A stretch of 47,104 nt of DNA from a candidate division WWE3 bacterium CSP1-7 (GTDB taxonomy: Bacteria; Patescibacteriota; WWE3; 9FT-COMBO-53-11). This document shows, one piece after another, positions 38,367 through 44,223 of the stretch (position 1 is its first letter; every line of letters begins with the position of its first letter). A program made the position numbers and the translations under genes. A model generated the notes under the pieces. That model saw only the letters and a list, made by a program, of their open reading frames with translations. It did no database searches and was not told where the DNA came from. The stretch spans positions 1-47,104 of the forward strand of contig LDXK01000004.1 in NCBI GenBank assembly GCA_001443395.1, in the 5' to 3' direction.

Positions 38367-39271
38367 TGGAATTTTTAGATGGTTTGCGCCAATCCATCAC
38401 CGAATTTGTTCGATCGGGGCTGCCGGAGCCCCACGCCTCCCTGCTTTTGGGGACCATTCTGGGAATCAAGTCCGGTTTCCCGCCGGATTTTTACGAAGCG
38501 CTACGGGTGACCGGTACTCTGCACGTGGTCGTGGTCTCCGGCTTCAACATTACCGTCGTCATCAACACCCTGGCGCGGTCATTGGTCTTCGTCCCACCAA
38601 AAATCCGCTTTTTTATCACTCTCACATTCCTAATTGCTTTTGTCTTTTTGGTAGGGGCCAATCCTCCTGTGGTCAGGGCGGCGATAATGGGTTCGATTGC
38701 CCTGCTGGGAACGATTTTTGGCCGCCAAAATGACGCTCTGCGAGCATTTCTGCTAACGGTGGTTGTGATGTTGGTGTTTCGACCTTTATGGGTGACGGAA
38801 CTAAGTTTCCAGCTATCTTTTCTGGCTACTCTGGGACTGATCTTGGTACTTCCCCAGCTCGACCGGCTCATACCGGGCAAGGGTTTCTTACTCCGAGAAG
38901 ACCTTTTAACAACAATTTCCGCCCAAATCCTGGTCTGGCCCCTCTTGGCGTACCATTTTGGGACAATTTCGGTTATTTCTCCAGTAGTTAACGCTTTGGT
39001 ACTCTGGACAATCCCGATAATTACTTATATTGGCTTGGTTACAGCCACAATAGGATTGTTTGTCAGCAGTATAGCGACTATGATACTGCTCCCGGTAAGG
39101 CTATTTTTGGACTACTTTATCTGGGTTGTGGAGCGTTTTTCCGCTCTTAGAGTGGGATATCTGGCGGTTTCTCCGTTTTCTTGGATTGCTCTCATCCTAT
39201 ATTTTGTCGTCCTAGGAGGAGGATTATGGTTTCTCTACCAGCGATCAACCGAAAAACAATTGAAAAGCTGA
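38363..39271 (+). CDS. comEC: ComEC/Rec2 membrane (Competence) domain protein
   Basis: GTLHVVVVSGFNI, PVVRAAIMG, SFQLSFLATLG; multi-TM. Confidence 0.9.
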   Translation: MMEFLDGLRQSITEFVRSGLPEPHASLLLGTILGIKSGFPPDFYEALRVTGTLHVVVVSGFNITVVINTLARSLVFVPPKIRFFITLTFLIAFVFLVGANPPVVRAAIMGSIALLGTIFGRQNDALRAFLLTVVVMLVFRPLWVTELSFQLSFLATLGLILVLPQLDRLIPGKGFLLREDLLTTISAQILVWPLLAYHFGTISVISPVVNALVLWTIPIITYIGLVTATIGLFVSSIATMILLPVRLFLDYFIWVVERFSALRVGYLAVSPFSWIALILYFVVLGGGLWFLYQRSTEKQLKS

Positions 39272-40101
39272 TTTTCGGGATTATTCTCGGAACATTTCTG
39301 CTAATTTTTTGGACGATTGGGCCGCGTTTTATTACTTCCTTATCTGGAGAAAGAGGCCTCTTGGTTAGGTTTTACGATGTGGGGCAGGGGGACGCGATTT
39401 TGATCGAGAAAGGAACAACCCAAATCCTGATTGACGGCGGCCCCAACGACCAAATCCTGACCTACTTGGGAAGGGATTTACTCCCGTGGGACCGGGAGAT
39501 TGAGTTGCTGGTGTTGACTCATCCCCACGCCGACCACCTTTCCGGTCTCATTCCCGTAATTGAACGATACAAAGTGGGCCGGATCCTGTACTATCCCAGT
39601 TTTTATGACACGGTGGGTTATGAGAAGTTCCAGAAGCTGGTCCAAGAAGAGGGGGCGGAGATTCTTTCTGCCCAGGTCGGGGGGAGGATTGGGTTGGATG
39701 AACTTTCCTTGCAACTGATTTGGCCGGTTGATAATTTCCGCGATGGCAACGTCAACAACGAATCGATTGTCATGCTCTTGGATTACCAAGATTTTGAAGC
39801 CCTTCTCCTGGGAGATGTCGAGAAGGACGTTCAAAATCGTCTCGGTGTCACTATCGACGTTGATTTGATAAAGGTGGGGCACCATGGTTCGGTTAACGGC
39901 AGCTATGAACCGCTTTTGCGAAGGGTTCGGCCCGAACTTGCCGTTATCTTCGCTGGCGCAAAGAACCGCTACGGCCATCCCCATCAGCAGACACTTAATC
40001 TGTTTGCTAAGCTCGGGATCACCCTCCTGAGAACCGATTTGAACGGGACGGTGACGGTGCGGAGCGACGGCCGCAATTTTTGGTATGATGCTGAAAGATG
40101 A
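39226..40101 (+). CDS. ComEC-type metallo-beta-lactamase-fold domain, encoded separately
   Basis: DVGQGDAILI, LIDGG, THPHADH, KVGHHGS, NRYGHPH, RTDLNG. ATG at 39226 follows GGAGGAGG. Confidence 0.9.
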   Translation: MVSLPAINRKTIEKLIFGIILGTFLLIFWTIGPRFITSLSGERGLLVRFYDVGQGDAILIEKGTTQILIDGGPNDQILTYLGRDLLPWDREIELLVLTHPHADHLSGLIPVIERYKVGRILYYPSFYDTVGYEKFQKLVQEEGAEILSAQVGGRIGLDELSLQLIWPVDNFRDGNVNNESIVMLLDYQDFEALLLGDVEKDVQNRLGVTIDVDLIKVGHHGSVNGSYEPLLRRVRPELAVIFAGAKNRYGHPHQQTLNLFAKLGITLLRTDLNGTVTVRSDGRNFWYDAER

Positions 40102-41762
40102 GACTAGAAATCGAAGCCGCCATCAAAACCGCCGTCCGGGAACTCTACCGCCTGGACCTCCGATCTCCCCTAGAACACCCGAAACAGGATAGTTTTGGGG
40201 ATTTTGCTTCCCCGGCCGCTCTGGAAGTGGCGCGCGAGATGGACGTCGATCCGTTGGAGATCGCCAATCAGCTCAAGATCAAGCTCGGAGATTCGTTAGA
40301 GGATTGGGTGGCAGAAATTCAGGTTGAGAAGCCGGGATTCCTTAATTTCTGGTTGAGTGACGCGGTCTTGGTTAAAGAGGCGGTGCGGGTTGGCAAGGAA
40401 GCGGACCGTTACGGTTCTTCCGATCTTGGCAAAGGGAAAACGATCGTAATTGACTACTCCGCTCCCAACATCGCCAAACGGTTCGGGATCGGCCATCTGC
40501 GCTCAACCGTCATTGGCCAGGCGCTCTACAATCTGCACAAGTTTTCAGGATACAAGGTGGTGGGGGACAATCATCTTGGAGATTGGGGAACGCAGTTTGG
40601 GATCTTGCTGCGCCAAATCAGCCATAAGAAGTTAACCGTCAATAGTTTGACGATCGACAAACTGGAGGAGCTCTACGTCGAATTTCACCGGGAGGCGGAA
40701 GAGAAACCAAAGCTGATGGAGGAGGCGCGGGAGTGGTTTCTGAAGCTGGAGAGCGGCGATAAGGAAGCGCGAACGGTCTGGCAAGCGGTGGTGGACCTAT
40801 CAAAGAAGGAGTTTGAGCGGATTTATGCTCTTCTCGGAGTGGAATTTGACTATACCTACCCGGAGAGCTTCTACGAGGGCCGGATGCCGGCTGTGATTGC
40901 GGAAGTTCGAAAGAAAGGTTTATCCAGAAAGAGCGATGGAGCGGAAATTATCGATTTTCCGACCCTTCCTCCGGCAATTCTGGTTAAGAGCGACGGAGCG
41001 ACCACCTACTTTACCCGCGATTTAGCGACGATTAAGTTTCGGATGGAAGAGTGGGACCCGCAAACGATTATTTACGAAGTTGGCTCCGACCAAAAACTGC
41101 ATTTTCAACAAGTCTTTGCGGCGGCGAAGATGTTGGGTTGGGCCGACGGGCGGGAATTCGTCCACGTGGCTCACGGGCTGGTTCGCTTCGCCGAGGGCAA
41201 GCTCTCCACCCGCCGCGGTCAGACGGTTCAATTGGAGGACGTTTTGGATGAATCTATCGCCCGGGCGAAGAAACTAACCGGCGGAAATGAGGACATTGCC
41301 CGAGCGGTGGGGGTCGGAGCGTTGAAATACTTCGATCTTTCACACCAACCCCAAACCGATATCATCTTCGACTGGGAAAAACTATTTTTACTGGAGGGAA
41401 ACAGTGCTCCGTATCTTCAGTACACATACGCTAGGGCAACGAGCGTTCTTCGCAAAGCGAAGACGCTCAAGCAATTAGCCATTAGTCATAAGCCATTAGC
41501 TGGGGAAGCGGAGATGCCGTTGCTCCGCTACATCTACCGCTTCCCCGAGGTGGTGGTGGAGGCGGCGAAAACCTACTCCCCGAACCTCCTCGGCAACTAT
41601 CTTTTTGAGCTGGCCCAGCGCTTCAACAGCTTCTACGCCGCCGCGCCGATTATCAAGGCGAAAGAAAACAAAGATCTGCGGCTGGTCTTAACCCTAGCGA
41701 TCGCGCAGGTTCTTAAAAATGGCTTAACGCTTTTGGGAATTGAAACGCCGGAACGGCTTTAA
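40098..41762 (+). CDS. argS: Arginine--tRNA ligase
   Basis: DYSAPNIAK..GIGHLRS, NHLGDWGTQFG, KSDG..Y.TRD, KLSTRRG, GNSAPYLQY.YAR. Confidence 0.97.
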   Translation: MRLEIEAAIKTAVRELYRLDLRSPLEHPKQDSFGDFASPAALEVAREMDVDPLEIANQLKIKLGDSLEDWVAEIQVEKPGFLNFWLSDAVLVKEAVRVGKEADRYGSSDLGKGKTIVIDYSAPNIAKRFGIGHLRSTVIGQALYNLHKFSGYKVVGDNHLGDWGTQFGILLRQISHKKLTVNSLTIDKLEELYVEFHREAEEKPKLMEEAREWFLKLESGDKEARTVWQAVVDLSKKEFERIYALLGVEFDYTYPESFYEGRMPAVIAEVRKKGLSRKSDGAEIIDFPTLPPAILVKSDGATTYFTRDLATIKFRMEEWDPQTIIYEVGSDQKLHFQQVFAAAKMLGWADGREFVHVAHGLVRFAEGKLSTRRGQTVQLEDVLDESIARAKKLTGGNEDIARAVGVGALKYFDLSHQPQTDIIFDWEKLFLLEGNSAPYLQYTYARATSVLRKAKTLKQLAISHKPLAGEAEMPLLRYIYRFPEVVVEAAKTYSPNLLGNYLFELAQRFNSFYAAAPIIKAKENKDLRLVLTLAIAQVLKNGLTLLGIETPERL

Positions 41763-42304
41763 ACCAATTCGTCTTCCTTGAACCAGAGTTTGATCTCTTC
41801 CCCGGCTTCTTCGACGGTACCGGAGGCGTGGACGAGGTTGTGGACGGCTCGTTTCTCCCGATTCGCCAGAATAGAGGAGTCCACGGAGTAGTCGCCGCGG
41901 ATTGTGCCGGATTCCGCCGTGGAAGGAATTGTTTTTCCTACCAACCGGCGAACGTTAGCTACAGCGTTGTTCCCTTCCAGCACGAAGGCGATCACCGGTC
42001 CGCGGGATAGGAATTCCATGCTCCACTTCCGAATATTACGGCCGATTTCCACCGGGTCGTCGGTTCCAATCTCTTTGAACGGGTCTAACCCTGCCTCGGC
42101 GTAGTTCTCCAGAGACTTAACTCCCATGGAGCGCAGGAAATCGGTTTTGTCGGGATAATGATGGGACACAAATTCCTCGGTGACGGTGAGCGTTTTGGAG
42201 CCGACGATTCTCAATCCAGCGCGCTCAAAACGGGAGAGAATCTCTCCCACGAGCCCGCGCTCCACCGAATCCGGTTTGAAAACAACTATCGTTCGCTCCG
42301 CCAT
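41759..42304 (-). CDS. ndk: Nucleoside diphosphate kinase
   Basis: ERT.V.FKPD.V.RGLVGEI, GTIRGDY, NLVHAS. Convergent 4-nt overlap with argS. Confidence 0.95.
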   Translation of the reverse strand: MAERTIVVFKPDSVERGLVGEILSRFERAGLRIVGSKTLTVTEEFVSHHYPDKTDFLRSMGVKSLENYAEAGLDPFKEIGTDDPVEIGRNIRKWSMEFLSRGPVIAFVLEGNNAVANVRRLVGKTIPSTAESGTIRGDYSVDSSILANREKRAVHNLVHASGTVEEAGEEIKLWFKEDELV

Positions 42305-42313
42305 TGCTTAATC

Positions 42314-43006
42314 TTAGCGTAACTCGGCCGTGATGATCAGCCGGTTGATTGCGATTCCCGGGGGATCGCAGGTTTGCAGGGTCAAGTAGGGAGTGTCGAA
42401 GGTTCGGGTGAGGGGGGTGGTGTTGAATCCGGAAACAATTTCCTTGCCCTTAACATAGTAGTCAAATCTCTTCCCCTTATAAAAGATTACAATTCGATCT
42501 CCCTTCTCCAGCTTCCGGATCAGGTTGAAAACGCTGGCCCAAGGGCCGTAGTTCCAAAAGTCGAGTGTCGTGTGGGCGAAGAGATAGCTGTTGCCAACCT
42601 CGCCCGGTTTTACTGTTCCCTTTGCGTGGGCGACACCTTTTTGCAGCGCGGCGAGATAGGCGCGCTTGTCGGAAGTTGGGACATCGGCGATGATTGGCGA
42701 ATTCACGTCGATTTTCTCGATCACAATTCCGAACTGCGTAGATTTTGGAATAACTTTCAGGGGGGTCGGTTGGCCGAGCAGGGCAGCGAACGGGCTGGGT
42801 TTGGGCGGTTCCACATCCTTGACTTCGTCCACGGTGAACACCTGGCCGCGGATTCTCCAGTAGGCGTAGAGCGCTTCCTGCCGGATCACGTCCCAAAAGG
42901 AAAAGAGAAAATAAAAGATAGCCCCTAGGATGAGGACGTTGGAAAGCATTCTCCGGGCAAAGACCTTCCAGTCGATGCGGCTGATTTCTTCTGATAAGTT
43001 GAACAT
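42314..43006 (-). CDS. Sortase
   Basis: N-terminal TM, GVAHAKGT..PG..GN.YLFAH, LTLQTCDPPG...NR (His/Cys/Arg triad). True start is probably ATG at 43006, since the ORF-track extension overlaps tRNA-Pro. Confidence 0.9.
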   Translation of the reverse strand: MFNLSEEISRIDWKVFARRMLSNVLILGAIFYFLFSFWDVIRQEALYAYWRIRGQVFTVDEVKDVEPPKPSPFAALLGQPTPLKVIPKSTQFGIVIEKIDVNSPIIADVPTSDKRAYLAALQKGVAHAKGTVKPGEVGNSYLFAHTTLDFWNYGPWASVFNLIRKLEKGDRIVIFYKGKRFDYYVKGKEIVSGFNTTPLTRTFDTPYLTLQTCDPPGIAINRLIITAELR

Positions 43007-43010
43007 TATC

Positions 43011-43032
43011 TGGTCGGGGCGGCGGGAATTGG
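43011..43032 (-). pseudogene. Isolated tRNA-Pro-like 3' end
   Basis: Minus strand CCAATTCCCGCCGCCCCGACCA (T-loop remnant, acceptor 3' strand and CCA) with no adjacent 5' half. Confidence 0.55.
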
Positions 43033-43097
43033 CATATCGCCAGCACCTGCTGGCGTTATCCACTAAAAGCGGATTCACTCCTCTCGTCACCCAAGTC

Positions 43098-43172
43098 TGG
43101 TCGGGGTGGGCGGATTTGAACCGCCGACCTCTCGCACCCGAAGCGAGCGCTCTACCGCTGAGCCACACCCCG
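43098..43172 (-). tRNA. tRNA-Pro (CGG)
   Basis: CGGGGTG...CACCCCG-ACCA; anticodon arm CTCGC-ttCGGgt-GCGAG; GGTTCAAATCC. Confidence 0.96.
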
Positions 43173-43424
43173 ATATCTGAGTTTACCACCGCCCACCCCG
43201 CGAGCGTTCTCCTTTTCCGCTGTGCGGAAAAGATAGCCCGCCCAGGCGGGCGTCCCGATGACCTACGCCCCGACGAACAGAGTGAGTCGGGGGGCATGGT
43301 CCTTGCCAGGCAAGGCCTTACGCCCCGACCACTACATTATACTTAATCTCTTCTGTGTCTCAATTGGATATAACCAATCATTACTAGTTTTGATTTGGTG
43401 TTCATTATGATATATGCTCAGCTC

Positions 43425-44048
43425 ATGCGGAAGAGAATTTCTTCCAAAAAGATTAAAGAGCTTGAGCGCCTGAGGAAAATAGGTTGGAGTCTGCCAGAAA
43501 TGGCGAAAGCGGTAGGGGTAGGTTACGGGACCGCTTTCCGATATGTTCGTGAGGTGGAAGTGGCTCTGGAGTACAGGAAGAACTGGCTCGGTAAGAGGGG
43601 TGGAAGTATCAAGCGAAAAAGGATTGCGGAAGAAAAAGCACAGCTTAGGGCTAGGCGAGTGATTGGTTCTTTAACCGATAAGGAGCGGCTGATCTTTGCG
43701 ACTGCGCTTTACTGGGGCGAAGGAAACAAGAAGGATTTTATTTTGACGAACAGTGATCCCCGGTTGGTGAAAGTTTTTGTCACCGGCATAAGGAGAATTT
43801 TTAGTCTCCCTAAAGATAGGTTAAAGGCAGGTATCAGGATTTTTGAGGACATGGATCATGATCGGTGTCTAGAGTTTTGGTCAGGAGTAGTCGGCATTCC
43901 AGTTGAAGACTTTGTCAGTACCGAGGTGTTAAAGGGCAAGAAGAAGGGAAAGTTGCCTTATGGGATGTGTCGAATTAGGGTTTCTAAAGGAGGTGAGATG
44001 TTAAAATACTTTCAGGCCTTGAGTGAGGCAGTTTCGGAAGCGTTCTAG
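43425..44048 (+). CDS. HTH + LAGLIDADG-like (LYWGEG) protein, tRNA-adjacent
   Basis: N-terminal HTH (LRKIGWSLPEMAKAVGVGYGTAFRY), ALYWGEGNK, NSDP, FWS..GIP, YGMCRI. Visibly more A/T- and purine-rich than neighbours. Stop overlaps nt 1 of tRNA-Arg. ORF open from 43395. Confidence 0.75.
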   Translation: MRKRISSKKIKELERLRKIGWSLPEMAKAVGVGYGTAFRYVREVEVALEYRKNWLGKRGGSIKRKRIAEEKAQLRARRVIGSLTDKERLIFATALYWGEGNKKDFILTNSDPRLVKVFVTGIRRIFSLPKDRLKAGIRIFEDMDHDRCLEFWSGVVGIPVEDFVSTEVLKGKKKGKLPYGMCRIRVSKGGEMLKYFQALSEAVSEAF

Positions 44049-44124
44049 TCCCCGTAGTTCAACTGGACAGAACAGCACCTTCCTAAGGTGCATGTTGCAG
44101 GTTCGACTCCTGCCGGGGACACCA
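44048..44124 (+). tRNA. tRNA-Arg (CCT)
   Basis: GTCCCCG...CGGGGAC-ACCA; anticodon arm GCACC-ttCCTaa-GGTGC; GGTTCGACTCC. Confidence 0.96.
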
Positions 44125-44135
44125 GTCTCTCTTTC

Positions 44136-44166
44136 TTGACATTCTCGTTCCAATCCTGCTAAGAAT
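44136..44166 (+). promoter_or_regulatory. Putative promoter of the second giant gene (18-19-bp spacer)
   Basis: TTGACA at 44136, then TGc-TAAGAA(T) at 44160. Confidence 0.45.
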
Positions 44167-44223
44167 TACCTCAGCAAACCTCATCAGACTTAAACATTGT
44201 CTGGAGGATTGCAAGACTGCCCA

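Noticed and set aside
43007-43346. 97-aa N-terminal extension of the sortase and the opposite-strand ORF 42930-43346
   Set aside because: They run through tRNA-Pro and hairpins. ATG at 43006 gives a normal sortase.
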